Shown: positions 47,372 to 58,790, counted from the first letter of the stretch. The stretch is DNA of 64,000 nucleotides from Candidatus Omnitrophota bacterium (GCA_030698625.1 JAUYMS010000012.1:29872-93871), one strand, 5' to 3'. Notes: a model not told the origin generated them from the letters alone. Numbers and translations: made by a program.

Positions 47372-49285
47372 ATGAATAAGTCTTCCTTTTTGGCGGGTCT
47401 GTTTTGTGTGTTTGCGATTGGAATCCCCCTGTTCGCCCAGGATATCCTTGTCACTTCCACTTTTGATAAGCGCTCGGCCAACGTCAACGAAGAGATCCGC
47501 CTGACAATTCGCGTGACGGGGTCTCAGGGAAATATTCAGGCCCCGCGCCTTCCGGACTTTCAAGGATTTGATACGTTTTATACGGGGCGTGCGTCGCATC
47601 TTACTTTTGTCAACGGGCAGTCGAGCTCGATGGTGGAATTCAGCTACGTGTTGATTCCGAAAGTCGCAGGGCGGTTTACGCTCGCTCCGATTCAGGTCAC
47701 GGCCGGGGGCCGTGTGTTTCGAACCGATGCCATATCGGTGGAAATTCTGGCAGACAAGGGAACTATGGGGCGCGCCACACCGGAGCCCGCGCAAGCGCAG
47801 CCTTCGGGATTTCAGCCCGCACCGGGAGTGCAAGCGCCCCCGGTACAAGCCCCGCAGGTTTCGTCGCAACCCGATGAAAATATTTTTGTTCAGGCGTGGA
47901 TTGACAAGGAAGCCGTCTATCCGAATGAGCAGGTGCTGCTCAGCTATTCGTTGTATACGCGATACGACACGCGGTACGAAGGGTTTGAAGAGGAGCCGCA
48001 GATCAGCGGGTTCTGGATCGAAGAGTTTCCTATGGACCGCAATATTGAGCGCGAGACCGTGAGGGTTAACGGCAGGCGCTACATCAAGGCCGACATTCGA
48101 AAAATCGCCTTGTTTCCGACGGCCGCGGCCGAGTATACGATTCAGCCGGGCACACTTAAGGTTTCAGTCCGCAATGAGCCGCAGCAATCCAGTATCTTTG
48201 ACGACTTTTTCAGCGACAGTTTTTTTAGCGGCGGCAGTTTCTTTGCGCGGCGCGAGTCGCGCTTGCTCAGGCCGGCGCCGATTCGTTTTACCGTCAAGCC
48301 CTTCCCCGATGAGGGCAAGCCCGACGGTTTCACGGGCGTCGTCGGCGATTTTCGTGTCTCGGCAACCGTGGACAAGCAGGAAGTAAAGCAGAACGAACCG
48401 GTGACCATGACGCTCATCATTCAGGGGCAGGGCAATATCGAAACCTTGAACATGCCGAAGCTCCCGGAACTGCCGGAGTTCAGAATTTATGAAGCCGATG
48501 CCTCCTCGCAGTTGTTCAAGAGCGGAGACGTCATCGGCGGCACGAAGACATTCGAAGTGGTGTTTATTCCGAAGCAGGCGGGACGAGTCGTTATCCCAAA
48601 ATTGGAATTTAGTTTTTTTAATCCGCAGCGGCGCCAGTACGTCACCCAGGATACGCCTCAGTTTCCTCTAACCGTCGAAGAATCGACCGAAGTATTTCAG
48701 CTGCCGAGCCGCATTGCGGATCTCGGTGCTTACAAGAAGAACATTGAAGTCGAAGGGCGGGATATCCGGTATATCAATGAAAAATATCCGACGGGTGTTA
48801 AAGAGCGGGTTGTTAAGGGGCTCTATTACGGTTTTGCGGTATCCGGAGCGCTTTTGACGCTGCTCTATGGGTTCGGCCTGTGGCGGCATCGCACGGAGCG
48901 GATTTTTGCCAAGGATTCGGCCCTGAGGAGGCGGAAACTGGCGCGATCCTCGGCCGCGTCATCGATCAAGCAGTTGAAGCGTCTGATGAAATCGAAGAAG
49001 GGGACTGAGCTCGGGGCTTATTATGAGGGCGTGGACAAGGTTCTGACCCAGTATCTGAGCGACAAGTTCAATCTCTCGACGTTCGGGACGGCACGCCTGG
49101 ATTTGGAAAGACAATTAGAACAAGCCCTGGGTTCCGGAGATTCCCTTTATCAGAGCATTCTGGAACTGTATCGTCTCTGCGATGAATCACGGTTTGCGCG
49201 GGGCACGGTTGCGGAGGAACACAAGGTGGAAGCCCTGAATATTTTGCAGGAGACCATTGCGCGGGTCGACAAGGTGAGACAATGA
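47372..49285 (+). CDS. batD: BatD-family protein
   Basis: Signal peptide, repeated Ig-like BatD modules (Y..EQV...Y.LY, F.G.VG.F, G.GN), C-terminal TM. Confidence 0.85.
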   Translation: MNKSSFLAGLFCVFAIGIPLFAQDILVTSTFDKRSANVNEEIRLTIRVTGSQGNIQAPRLPDFQGFDTFYTGRASHLTFVNGQSSSMVEFSYVLIPKVAGRFTLAPIQVTAGGRVFRTDAISVEILADKGTMGRATPEPAQAQPSGFQPAPGVQAPPVQAPQVSSQPDENIFVQAWIDKEAVYPNEQVLLSYSLYTRYDTRYEGFEEEPQISGFWIEEFPMDRNIERETVRVNGRRYIKADIRKIALFPTAAAEYTIQPGTLKVSVRNEPQQSSIFDDFFSDSFFSGGSFFARRESRLLRPAPIRFTVKPFPDEGKPDGFTGVVGDFRVSATVDKQEVKQNEPVTMTLIIQGQGNIETLNMPKLPELPEFRIYEADASSQLFKSGDVIGGTKTFEVVFIPKQAGRVVIPKLEFSFFNPQRRQYVTQDTPQFPLTVEESTEVFQLPSRIADLGAYKKNIEVEGRDIRYINEKYPTGVKERVVKGLYYGFAVSGALLTLLYGFGLWRHRTERIFAKDSALRRRKLARSSAASSIKQLKRLMKSKKGTELGAYYEGVDKVLTQYLSDKFNLSTFGTARLDLERQLEQALGSGDSLYQSILELYRLCDESRFARGTVAEEHKVEALNILQETIARVDKVRQ

Positions 49286-50079
49286 TCCGGCATAAAAAGA
49301 GATCGCATATCTTGAGTTTCGCGGCCTTGATTTTAATCGTCGTCCTTGCGTTTGTCTGCGGTATGGGCAAGCGCGCGAATGCGCAAATGCAGGAAGACGA
49401 CAAGATGACTTTCGAGTCGGCAAACCAAAATTATCGTGAGGGAAAATATAGCGACGCCATACGTTTGTATCAGGGGTTGGCCGAAAAATATCCGGGGCAG
49501 GGAGTGTTTTTCTATAATCTGGGTAACAGCTATTTTCGTAACGGCGCGTTGGGTAAGGCTATTCTTTCCTATGAGCGGGCGAGGCTGCACGAACCGCGCG
49601 ATAAGGATATTTATTACAATCTTAAATATTTAAACGGACTGCTTGAATACCGCGTCGACGACAAGCGTAACTGGTACATTCGCACCGGGGAGATCGTTCT
49701 ACAGCGGTTTACGGTAAAGGAGATGGGCGTCTTATTGCTCATGACCTATTTTACCTTCATGGCGGGGAATTCCTTCGTGGTCTTCTTTCTCCCGGGGGAG
49801 CCCTGGAAATGGAAGCGGAAAGCCGCGCTGACCTTATTTCTTGTTTTTGCGGTTCTATTCGGACTAAAGCAGGTTGAAGAGAATGTGCTCAAAGATGCCA
49901 TCGTGACGACCCAGGAAGCCGAGATTCGTTACGGGCCGTCGGCTCAGGATCAGGTCGCGTTCCGGCTCGGAGAGGGCTTGAAGGTTCAGGTTATCGACTC
50001 GCGCGAGAAATGGAGCCGCATTCTTTTAGCCAATAGAGAAAGCGGCTGGGTCCGGCAATCGGATATCGCTATCGTATGA
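49282..50079 (+). CDS. batE: BatE-like TPR + SH3 protein
   Basis: FE.AN..Y..G.Y, YNLGN.Y, AIL.YERA...P, TMs, C-terminal SH3b (GP....L.EG...GWV). Confidence 0.82.
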   Translation: MIRHKKRSHILSFAALILIVVLAFVCGMGKRANAQMQEDDKMTFESANQNYREGKYSDAIRLYQGLAEKYPGQGVFFYNLGNSYFRNGALGKAILSYERARLHEPRDKDIYYNLKYLNGLLEYRVDDKRNWYIRTGEIVLQRFTVKEMGVLLLMTYFTFMAGNSFVVFFLPGEPWKWKRKAALTLFLVFAVLFGLKQVEENVLKDAIVTTQEAEIRYGPSAQDQVAFRLGEGLKVQVIDSREKWSRILLANRESGWVRQSDIAIV

Positions 50080-51269
50080 TGAAAAAGACATTACCGGATA
50101 AACGAGGCTATTTCGGAGATTTCGGGGGGCGCTATGTGCCGGAGACCCTCATGCGTGCGCTCGACGAGCTTACGAATGCGTATCGTCTCGTTCGCAAAGA
50201 CTCGAATTTCCAAAAGGAACTGCGCGAATATCTGGAAGACTATGCAGGCCGCCCGACGGCGCTTTATGAAGCGAAGCGTTTGAGCGCTGTCTATAAGCGG
50301 GCCCGCATTTTTCTCAAGCGCGAAGACCTTTGTCACACAGGCGCGCATAAGATTAACAACACGTTAGGACAGGGGCTCCTGGCCGTGAGGCTGGGCAAGA
50401 AGAGGATCGTCGCCGAAACGGGTGCCGGGCAACACGGGGTGGCGACAGCTACGGCATGCCGCGTTTTCGGGCTGAAGTGCGTTGTCTACATGGGTGCCCT
50501 GGATATCGAGCGGCAGGCTCTGAATGTCTACAAGATGAGGTTACTCGGCGCCGAAGTCCGCCCTGTCTATTCGGGCTCCCGGACCTTGAAGGACGCGACC
50601 AATGAAGCCATTCGAGACTGGGTCACAAACGTGGATGATACGCATTATTTATTGGGGTCGGTAGTCGGTCCGCATCCGTACCCGGCCATGGTTCGCGATT
50701 TTCAATCCACCATCGGAGATGAGACACGCGGCCAGCTCCGCAAAAAACGGGTCGGACTGCCCGATTACCTGATCGCCTGTGTCGGCGGCGGCAGCAACGC
50801 GATCGGCTTCTTTCATACTTTTCTCAAAGACCGGGGCGTGCGAATGATCGGTGTCGAGGCCGCGGGTAAAGGCGTCAACACGCGTGAACACGCGGCGACC
50901 CTGACTAAAGGTTTTCCGGGCATTTTGCACGGCATGAAGAGTTATCTGTTACAAAACCGCGACGGGCAGGTGGAACTCGCACATTCGATTTCCGCGGGCC
51001 TCGATTATCCCTCGGTCGGCCCGGAACACTCCTATTTGAAAGACGCGAAACGCGTAAGGTACGTGACCGCCACGGACCGCGACGCGCTCGACGGTTTTAA
51101 ACTGCTGACCGAAGCCGAAGGCATTATGCCCGCCTTGGAGCCGTCGCATGCGATCGGTTATTTGAAGCGTCTGATGCCTAAAACCAAGAAATCGGAATCG
51201 GTTGTGCTTTGTCTTTCGGGCCGCGGAGATAAAGATATCGATACCGTGAAATCACTTCTGAAGACCTGA
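50076..51269 (+). CDS. trpB: tryptophan synthase beta chain
   Basis: [45 protein letters not shown]. Confidence 0.97.
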   Translation: MMKKTLPDKRGYFGDFGGRYVPETLMRALDELTNAYRLVRKDSNFQKELREYLEDYAGRPTALYEAKRLSAVYKRARIFLKREDLCHTGAHKINNTLGQGLLAVRLGKKRIVAETGAGQHGVATATACRVFGLKCVVYMGALDIERQALNVYKMRLLGAEVRPVYSGSRTLKDATNEAIRDWVTNVDDTHYLLGSVVGPHPYPAMVRDFQSTIGDETRGQLRKKRVGLPDYLIACVGGGSNAIGFFHTFLKDRGVRMIGVEAAGKGVNTREHAATLTKGFPGILHGMKSYLLQNRDGQVELAHSISAGLDYPSVGPEHSYLKDAKRVRYVTATDRDALDGFKLLTEAEGIMPALEPSHAIGYLKRLMPKTKKSESVVLCLSGRGDKDIDTVKSLLKT

Positions 51270-51270
51270 C

Positions 51271-52068
51271 ATGACAGAGAGTCGTCTCATTGACAAACTC
51301 GGGAACTTGCGCAAACAAAAATCGAAGGTGTTCTGCGCCTTCCTCACCCTGGGTTATCCGAATCTGGGCGCGACCGAGAAATTGATTAAGGCCTTCGATC
51401 GCGAAGGCGTGGATATCATTGAACTTGGTTTTCCTTTTTCGGATCCGTTGGCCGACGGGCCCACCATTCAGTATTCGTCCGAGAAGGCCTTGGCCCGCGG
51501 AGTGACTCTCCGAGATGCCTTCGGCCTCGCAAAAAAATTACGAAGGCAGGGTTGTCGGATCCCGATCCTCTTTTTTTCTTATTTGAATCCGATCTACCGC
51601 TACGGAATTCGCGCGTTTGCAAAAAAGGCTGCGGCCTCGGGTTTTGACGGCGTGATTGTGCCGGATCTGCCGCCGGAAGAAGAGACCGGCTTTCAGCATG
51701 ATTGCCGCCGCTATGGACTGGCGCAGGTTTTTCTCGTCACACCGACCACCGCGCAGCCGCGGGCTCGCGCCATCGCGCGAAAATGCCGGGGATTTATCTA
51801 TTACGTCTCATTGCGCGGTGTGACCGGAGCGCGCAGAAACATTTCCGCCGATGTGCGGCGCCATCTGGCCGTCTTGGAAAAGGACACCGACAAACCGGTG
51901 CTCGTCGGATTCGGTGTTTCCAGCCCGAAGCAGGCCAAGTTTTTGTCGGGTCTGAGTGAAGGTGTGATTGTCGGCAGCGCCATTATCGATCGGCTCAGAA
52001 AATCATCGGGAAAAACGGGCCCGGCCATTGCTTATATTCGGAGTATGGTCAGGGCCGTAAAGAGTTAA
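51271..52068 (+). CDS. trpA: tryptophan synthase alpha chain
   Basis: ELGFPFSDPLADGPTIQ, PDLP.EE, GVTG, GFG, VGSA. Confidence 0.97.
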   Translation: MTESRLIDKLGNLRKQKSKVFCAFLTLGYPNLGATEKLIKAFDREGVDIIELGFPFSDPLADGPTIQYSSEKALARGVTLRDAFGLAKKLRRQGCRIPILFFSYLNPIYRYGIRAFAKKAAASGFDGVIVPDLPPEEETGFQHDCRRYGLAQVFLVTPTTAQPRARAIARKCRGFIYYVSLRGVTGARRNISADVRRHLAVLEKDTDKPVLVGFGVSSPKQAKFLSGLSEGVIVGSAIIDRLRKSSGKTGPAIAYIRSMVRAVKS

Positions 52069-52080
52069 GGGTGGTTAACT

Positions 52081-52512
52081 GTGGTTTATTTGGGGCTGGA
52101 TCTCGGGACAAAAAGGGTTGGCGTCGCGGTTAGCGATCCGAGCGGATCAATGGCGTTACCCCTAACGACCCTGGATTACCTGGGGCGTGCTTATCTCCTG
52201 AATCAATTGCGTGATCTGATTGGACAGTATAAGGCCGATCGGGTTGTCCTGGGGTATCCCAAAAAATTGGACGGATCGGTCGGCCCGGCAGCCGAGCGGG
52301 CGACAGAGCATGCCGAATGGCTCAAGAGCGAATTGGAGCAGGAAGTGATTCTCTGGGATGAGCGGTTGAGCACTGCGGAGGTCGAGCGGGTACTGCAAGC
52401 GGCCGGCGTCGGACACAAGCGCCGAAAGCAAGTACGCGACCAGCTCGCAGCTCAGCGCATCCTCCAGAACTACCTGGACTACTCGCGCAACAGATCCGGC
52501 GATTCCCGCTGA
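52081..52512 (+). CDS. ruvX: Holliday junction resolvase-like RuvX/YqgF
   Basis: GLDLGTKRVGVA.SD, G.P, DER.ST, D..AA..ILQ.YL. Confidence 0.93.
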   Translation: MVYLGLDLGTKRVGVAVSDPSGSMALPLTTLDYLGRAYLLNQLRDLIGQYKADRVVLGYPKKLDGSVGPAAERATEHAEWLKSELEQEVILWDERLSTAEVERVLQAAGVGHKRRKQVRDQLAAQRILQNYLDYSRNRSGDSR

Positions 52513-52514
52513 GT

Positions 52515-53795
52515 ATGGACTACCAACTAACGCAATTGCCGAACGGTCTCAAGGTCGTGACGATTCCCATGCAGGACCGGGAAACCGTCGCGGTAGCGAT
52601 TTGGGTGCGCGTCGGCAGTCGCTATGAGCCCCTGCGGAGTTCGGGGCTATCGCATTTTATGGAGCACATGCTTTTCAAGGGAACCCGCCGGCGCAGTACA
52701 CGCCAGATTAAAGCTGAAATCGAGGGGGTTGGGGGGATGCTCAACGCCTTTACAAGTGAGGAGACGACCTGTTTCTTTGCGAAAGTGATGAAAGACCACT
52801 ATTCCGGAGCGTTGGACGTGCTTGCGGATATGGTCAATCATGCAACACTCAAGCCGGATGAGATCCGCAAAGAAAAGACGGTGATCGTCGAAGAAATTAA
52901 AATGTATCAGGATTTGCCCAGCCATGAGGTTTTTGAGTTGTTGGGAGAAATGGTGTGGCCGAATCAGCCGTTGGGCAGAAATCTTGCCGGAAGTGAAAAA
53001 ACGGTGATGTCATTTACCCGGCCGGACGTCACGAAATTCAAACAGCGCTTTTATCATCCCGGTAATTTGGTGCTCTCAGTCTCGGGTCCGGTTTTTCACG
53101 AGGAAATTTTAGAGCAGGCCCGGTCTCTTTTCGGCGACAAGCCGCGGCATGCCGTCTCCCGCTTTCCGAAGGCCCGAATCAGCCGCCGGGGGCCGAGGAC
53201 CCGTTTCTGTGACAAAGAGACCGCCCAGACGCACTTTGTGATAGGGTTTCATAGTGTTTCCCGGTATCATGCCTATCGTTACGCCGTGGGGCTCCTGAGC
53301 GTCATGCTGGGCGGCAATATGTCGAGCCGGCTCTATGAGGAACTGCGCGAGAAGCGCGGATTGGCCTATGAAATTCGGGCCGGTGCGAGTTTTCTCCAGG
53401 ATACGGGGTGTTTTACCGTTTCTGCAGGGGTCGAGCCCGAGAAGGCGACTACAGCCATTTCAGTGGTCTTGCGGGAGCTGGGCAAAATTTGTCACAGCCG
53501 TATGAGCGAGCGTGAACTGCGGCGGGCGAAGGATTACTTTTTGACCCAGCTTTGGATGGCCCTCGAGGATACCCTTGATCACATGCTCTGGGCCGGCGAG
53601 AGGATGGTTTATAGCGACGATCTGCCCAGTCTCAACTCGCTTCGCAGGGGTATTGAGCAGGTTACTGTGCGCGATATGCAGGAAGCCGCGCGCCAAATAT
53701 TCCAAACACAGAATTTGCACCTTGCTTTGATCGGAAAACTGAATGCGAAACAACAGCGCCGAATCAAAGAAAGCTTTGTGATCCCGGGTGCGTAA
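52515..53795 (+). CDS. M16 family (pitrilysin-like) zinc peptidase
   Basis: GSR.E, HFMEH..FKGT, NAFTS.E, SSRL..E.REKRGLAY. Confidence 0.93.
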   Translation: MDYQLTQLPNGLKVVTIPMQDRETVAVAIWVRVGSRYEPLRSSGLSHFMEHMLFKGTRRRSTRQIKAEIEGVGGMLNAFTSEETTCFFAKVMKDHYSGALDVLADMVNHATLKPDEIRKEKTVIVEEIKMYQDLPSHEVFELLGEMVWPNQPLGRNLAGSEKTVMSFTRPDVTKFKQRFYHPGNLVLSVSGPVFHEEILEQARSLFGDKPRHAVSRFPKARISRRGPRTRFCDKETAQTHFVIGFHSVSRYHAYRYAVGLLSVMLGGNMSSRLYEELREKRGLAYEIRAGASFLQDTGCFTVSAGVEPEKATTAISVVLRELGKICHSRMSERELRRAKDYFLTQLWMALEDTLDHMLWAGERMVYSDDLPSLNSLRRGIEQVTVRDMQEAARQIFQTQNLHLALIGKLNAKQQRRIKESFVIPGA

Positions 53796-53829
53796 ACCAG
53801 AAATTCAAAGCGAGGCATTGAATACGGCT

Positions 53830-54480
53830 GTGACGCAGAAAACGCTTATAGCGCCCAGTATTTTATCTGCAGACTTTTCACGTTTGGGCGAGGAAATCGA
53901 GGATATCGAAAAGGGAGGCTGCGATATTATTCATATTGATGTCATGGACGGCCGCTTTGTTCCTAATTTGACGCTCGGACCTCCGGTGATCAAACACTTT
54001 CGCAAGGTCTCCAAGCTGCCCTTCGATGTCCATCTCATGATCGACGAGCCCATTAATTCCGTAGCCGATTACAGAAAAGCGGGCGCAGACTGGATTACGA
54101 TTCATGTGGAAGCAGCAAGTGATGTGAGTGCAACTCTGACGGCCATCGGTGACCTGGGCGCGAAAAGAGGTATTTCACTGCGGCCGATGACACCCCTTTC
54201 GGCCGTGGAGCCTTATTTGGACCAGGTAGATCTGGTTCTGATTATGACGGTAGAACCCGGATTCGGCGGCCAGTCATTTATGCCGGAGATGCTGAAGAAG
54301 ATAAGGACGCTCAGGCCGAAGTTTACGGGCCTGATCTCGGTTGACGGCGGCATCAATGTAGAGACTGGGCGCGCTAGTCTGGAAGCCGGCGCCGACATTC
54401 TCGTTGCCGGAACTTCCGTCTTTGGTCAGGAAGACCGTGCCCAGGCGATTGCGTCGCTTCGCCGAGCTGCCGGTAAGTGA
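53830..54480 (+). CDS. rpe: ribulose-phosphate 3-epimerase
   Basis: IAPSILSADF, HIDVMDG.FVPN, DVHLM, PGFGGQ, VDGG. Start at GTG 53830 is inferred. Confidence 0.95.
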   Translation: MTQKTLIAPSILSADFSRLGEEIEDIEKGGCDIIHIDVMDGRFVPNLTLGPPVIKHFRKVSKLPFDVHLMIDEPINSVADYRKAGADWITIHVEAASDVSATLTAIGDLGAKRGISLRPMTPLSAVEPYLDQVDLVLIMTVEPGFGGQSFMPEMLKKIRTLRPKFTGLISVDGGINVETGRASLEAGADILVAGTSVFGQEDRAQAIASLRRAAGK

Positions 54481-56261
54481 TGGATCCTTCCAAGATTCGC
54501 AATTTTTCCATTATCGCCCACATTGATCACGGAAAGTCTACGCTCGCAGACCGACTTCTGTTGAATACCGGCGCTATTTCCAAGCGAGAATTCCGCGAGC
54601 AAATCCTTGATGACATGGATCTCGAGCGTGAGCGCGGTATTACGATCAAGGCGCGTGCGGTTCGAATTCATTACAAGGACTACTACCTTAATCTGATCGA
54701 CACTCCCGGACATATCGATTTCACGTATGAAGTATCTAAGAGCCTGGCCGCGTGCGAAGGGGTGTTGCTCTTAGTGGACGCGGGCCAGGGGATTCAGGCG
54801 CAGACCGTCACGAATCTTTATTTGGCGATGGAGCGTGATATGTTGATTATCCCGATCATCACCAAAATCGACCTGCCGACGGCGGAACCGGAGCGTGTGC
54901 GCAAGGAAGTCAGTGATTTTCTCGGCTGTAATCCCGATGAGATTCTTTCGATAAGCGCAAAAACCGGAGAGGGCACCGACGAGGTTTTGACGGCGATCAT
55001 CGAGCGAATACCCGCGCCTTCGGGTAACCCGAACTCGCCGTTGAAGGCGCTTATCTTTGATTCAAAGTATGATGTCTACCAGGGGGTCATTGCCTATATC
55101 CGCATTATGGACGGAAAGATTAACCATAATGATGAGTACGTTATGATGCAGATAGGCAAAAAGTATATTGCCGAACAACTCGGCTTTTTGAATCCGCACC
55201 CGGAGGAGTCTGCCGAGATGGGCGTCGGTGAGGTTGGGTATGTCTCCGGCAACATCCGGGATATCGGCGACGTCAAAATCGGGGACACGATAACGCTTAT
55301 AAAATCTCCGGCAACACACCCCCTTGAGGGCTATCAGGAAGTGAAGCCCATGGTTTTTTGCGGGCTATATCCTATTCAGGCAAAGGATTTCGATTCCTTG
55401 CGCGATGCGCTCGGCAAACTTCGTCTTAACGACGCCTCCTTTATGTTCGAACCGGAGACCTCGGCGTCTCTGGGTTTCGGGTTTCGATGTGGTTTTCTCG
55501 GGCTTCTGCATATGGAGATTGCTAAAGAACGTCTGGAACGGGAATTCGGTCTCGACCTTCTCATTACGGCGCCTACCGTTGTTTACCGTGTGTACACGAC
55601 TGATGGCAAAGTGGCCGATCTGGCAAACCCCACGAAATTACCGCCCGTTCAACAGATTGAGAAGATCGAAGAGCCTTATATCCGTGCCAACTTGATTATC
55701 CCTGCGAGCAATATCGGCGCGGTCATGCAGTTTTGCCAGGACCGAAGGGGCATCTATAAGCACACCGAATATCTGGATCAGAACCGCGTCGTGCTGTCCT
55801 ATGAGCTGCCGTTCGCAGAAATCGTTATGGACTTTTACGATAAGTTGAAATCCATGACCGCCGGCTACGGATCCTTTAATTATGATTTTATCGCGGGGCA
55901 GACCGCGAAGCTCGTGAAGCTGGATGTTCTCATTAACGGAGATCCCGTTGATGCGCTTTCGAGTATCGTCGTGAGCGACCAAGCATACCACCGCGGTAAG
56001 GCATTGGTCGAGAAGCTGCGCAAAGTTATCCCGCGCCAACTTTTCGAAGTAGTCATCCAGGCGGCGATCGGCTCAAAGATTATCTCCCGCGAGTCGATAA
56101 GTGCGCTTAAGAAAAACGTAACGGAAAAGTGTTACGGCGGCGACATCACCCGCAAGCGGAAGCTTTGGGATAAGCAGAAAGAGGGTAAGAAGAAAATGAA
56201 GCGTATCGGTAAAGTGGAACTTCCGCAGGAAGCCTTCATCAGCGTCTTGAGGGTGGACTAA
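54477..56261 (+). CDS. lepA: translation elongation factor 4
   Basis: AHIDHGKST, ERGITIK, DTPGH, GFRCGFLGLLH, KCYGGDITRK.KL. Confidence 0.97.
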   Translation: MMDPSKIRNFSIIAHIDHGKSTLADRLLLNTGAISKREFREQILDDMDLERERGITIKARAVRIHYKDYYLNLIDTPGHIDFTYEVSKSLAACEGVLLLVDAGQGIQAQTVTNLYLAMERDMLIIPIITKIDLPTAEPERVRKEVSDFLGCNPDEILSISAKTGEGTDEVLTAIIERIPAPSGNPNSPLKALIFDSKYDVYQGVIAYIRIMDGKINHNDEYVMMQIGKKYIAEQLGFLNPHPEESAEMGVGEVGYVSGNIRDIGDVKIGDTITLIKSPATHPLEGYQEVKPMVFCGLYPIQAKDFDSLRDALGKLRLNDASFMFEPETSASLGFGFRCGFLGLLHMEIAKERLEREFGLDLLITAPTVVYRVYTTDGKVADLANPTKLPPVQQIEKIEEPYIRANLIIPASNIGAVMQFCQDRRGIYKHTEYLDQNRVVLSYELPFAEIVMDFYDKLKSMTAGYGSFNYDFIAGQTAKLVKLDVLINGDPVDALSSIVVSDQAYHRGKALVEKLRKVIPRQLFEVVIQAAIGSKIISRESISALKKNVTEKCYGGDITRKRKLWDKQKEGKKKMKRIGKVELPQEAFISVLRVD

Positions 56262-56891
56262 ATGCCTATTTGGATCCCCTTAGCGGTTATTGCGGTTTTG
56301 ATCCTTTATCGCCACAAACTTGTCGAGGAGTGGCAGATGTTCAGGACACAAAGGCGCGAATGGCTCCGCGACAAATGGAAGAATTGGGGAGAACCTTTTG
56401 TCGTTGCCGCAATTCTGGCCATCGTGATCCGTACGTTTCTTCTTGGCCCTTATAAGATACCGACCGGATCCATGCGCCCGACATTTCTGGAGGGTGACCG
56501 CATTTTTGTGGATAAAGTTTCCTATCGGTTTAATGAGCCTGACCGCGGCGACATTATTGTGTTTAAGTATCCCGAGGACAAGAAGAAGGATTTCGTGAAG
56601 AGGCTTGTAGGGCTCTCAGGCGATCGCCTGGAGATACGTCAGGGCAAGATCTGGATCAACGGAGAAGCCCTTGATGACCCGCCCTTTTCGCAAAACTACT
56701 ACTACAACATGGGCGATTACGGCAAGGAGAATGGGAGCATCATCATTCCCGAGAATAGTCTTTTCGCCATGGGGGATAACTCGGCCCACTCCTCTGATAG
56801 CCGCAATTGGGGATATGTTCCGCGCGGTAATGTAGTCGGAAAGGCATTTGTGATTTGGTGGCCTCCCAAGCGCGTCAAGCTCGTCGAATAG
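56262..56891 (+). CDS. lepB: signal peptidase I
   Basis: IPTGSM.PT, FVKR..G..GD, MGDN...S.DSR.WG. Confidence 0.95.
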   Translation: MPIWIPLAVIAVLILYRHKLVEEWQMFRTQRREWLRDKWKNWGEPFVVAAILAIVIRTFLLGPYKIPTGSMRPTFLEGDRIFVDKVSYRFNEPDRGDIIVFKYPEDKKKDFVKRLVGLSGDRLEIRQGKIWINGEALDDPPFSQNYYYNMGDYGKENGSIIIPENSLFAMGDNSAHSSDSRNWGYVPRGNVVGKAFVIWWPPKRVKLVE

Positions 56892-58140
56892 CCCCTACCT
56901 TTCTCTGGGCGCCGCCACTTCGGCACATCAAGTCGAAGGCAATAATGACCGCAATGACTGGTGGGCTTGGGAAGCAGCGGGCAAGGTCAGGACCCCTTCC
57001 CGAGAGGCCTGTGATCACTGGTCTCGCATTCACGAAGACGTAGCCCTTATCGCCTCGCTTGGCCACACGGCCTATCGCTTTTCCCTGGAGTGGAGCCGCC
57101 TAGAACCCAATGAGAATGAGTGGGACGAAGCGGCTTTTTCTCACTACGCAAAGCTCCTCACTGAATTACACCTGAGACAAATTGAGCCCGTAGTGACCCT
57201 GCATCACTTTACGAATCCTCAGTGGTTTGCGCGAAGGGGAGGGTGGCTTGCTGAGGATGCCCCGCTCATTTTTGCGCGTTATGTCCGCGAGGTGAGCCGA
57301 CGCGTCGGCGGAAAGGTGCGTTTCTGGATTACCATCAACGAGCCGATGGTCTACGTGTATTATGGCTATGTGATAGGTTCCTGGCCGCCGGGAGAACGGT
57401 CCTTTGATGCGGCAACACGAGTTCTGCGGAATCTTTTGATCGCGCATGTGCGTGCCTATCAGGAATTGCATTCGATTTGTGACGGGCTGACAGGTGCCCC
57501 TGTCTCAGTCTCTATCGCGAAGCATCTTACCCATTTCGCACCCTGCCGGAAGAACAGTCTGAGTGACCGGTTTGCGGTGTTCCTACGAAATCAGTTTTTT
57601 AATGCGATGTGTTTTTCCGCGCTATCAACGGGCTTTCTCTTCTTTCCGGGTGTTTTCTGCGAAAGGTTGCCGGGGGAGCGAACCTTGGATTTTTTAGGGG
57701 TGAATTATTACCGCAGAGATTTCATCCGTTTTGGAGGATTGCGGGATCAGGGCCCCCTCGGCGAGATCTGTGAAGATGCCCATCATGCCGGGCAAATAGC
57801 CGAGCGGAATTCCATGGGGTGGGAGATATACCCCGAAGGTTTGTATCGGGTCCTCGCGGCTTTACGCCGCTTTTCACTGCCGGTGCTTATCTGTGAAAAC
57901 GGAGTTGCCACCGACGATGACACTCAGCGTGTCCGTTTTATTGAGAGCCACGTGCAGTCGATCGAGAGGGTTCGGTCCGAGGGGCTTGATGTGAGCGGCT
58001 ATTTGTACTGGTCGCTGTTCGATAACTTTGAGTGGGCAGAAGGTTACAAGCCCCGGTTCGGCATCGTCGAAGTCGGGGCAGCCGATAAAACAAGAAAAGT
58101 CAGGCCCAGCGCTCATGTTCTAAGCCGGGTTTGCCGATAG
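56855..58140 (+). pseudogene. glycoside hydrolase family 1 (beta-glucosidase) with a 1-nt frameshift near the 5' end
   Basis: FLW is in one frame (56900-56908) and GAATSAHQVEG...RFSLEWSRLEP...TLHHF in the 57193 frame; TINEP, ENG and DNFEW are intact. Could be a sequencing error. Confidence 0.75.
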
Positions 58141-58147
58141 CTATCCC

Positions 58148-58744
58148 ATGCAGGCTGACCTTTTTGATTCTTCATCTTCGAGATCTTCCCTAGCAAATGA
58201 CTCTCAGGGTGCTTTTTTCGACCGCTACCGGTTGTCTATCCGTCTAGACAAGGCGCTGCTGCTCTTTATCGCTATGCTCATGGTAAATGTCTTTGTCTAC
58301 TGCCGCGGAGTCGATAGCGGTAAACAGGCGGCTCAGGCGCCGCTGCAAGAGGTGACGGAAGTCCCTGTGGAATCTGAGCCTATAAAGCCTATTGAGATGA
58401 TTCCGCCGCTGCCGACTGAAATAGGGGGGCTTCAAATTACAGAAATCCAGCCCTCCCGCGAGAAGCTGCCGCCTGATGTGTCCACGGCGGATGAAACTCA
58501 GGCAAAGCCGCATGGAAAGTATACGATACAGATCGTTACGTATAAATCGCAGCAGTCGGTGGACCAGCAGGTGCAGAAACTCGCCTCGAAGGGCTATCAA
58601 GGCTTCGTGATCCCCAGCGGTAAGTATTTGCAGGTCTGTGTAAACGCTTTTAATGAGCGCCGCGAGGCTATGAGCGCACTGCGAGATCTTCAGTTGCACG
58701 GATTGGCGCCCCCAGACGCGTTTGTGCGTCCCATGAGCCGGTAG
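58148..58744 (+). CDS. membrane-anchored SPOR-domain protein
   Basis: TM helix, Pro/Glu-rich linker, YTIQ.VTY...L...GY...V.V..F....A...L...DAFVR. Confidence 0.8.
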   Translation: MQADLFDSSSSRSSLANDSQGAFFDRYRLSIRLDKALLLFIAMLMVNVFVYCRGVDSGKQAAQAPLQEVTEVPVESEPIKPIEMIPPLPTEIGGLQITEIQPSREKLPPDVSTADETQAKPHGKYTIQIVTYKSQQSVDQQVQKLASKGYQGFVIPSGKYLQVCVNAFNERREAMSALRDLQLHGLAPPDAFVRPMSR

Positions 58745-58790
58745 TTATCGAGTCTTTCTATCCCGTCCGATTCTTGGTAACATAGACCCT

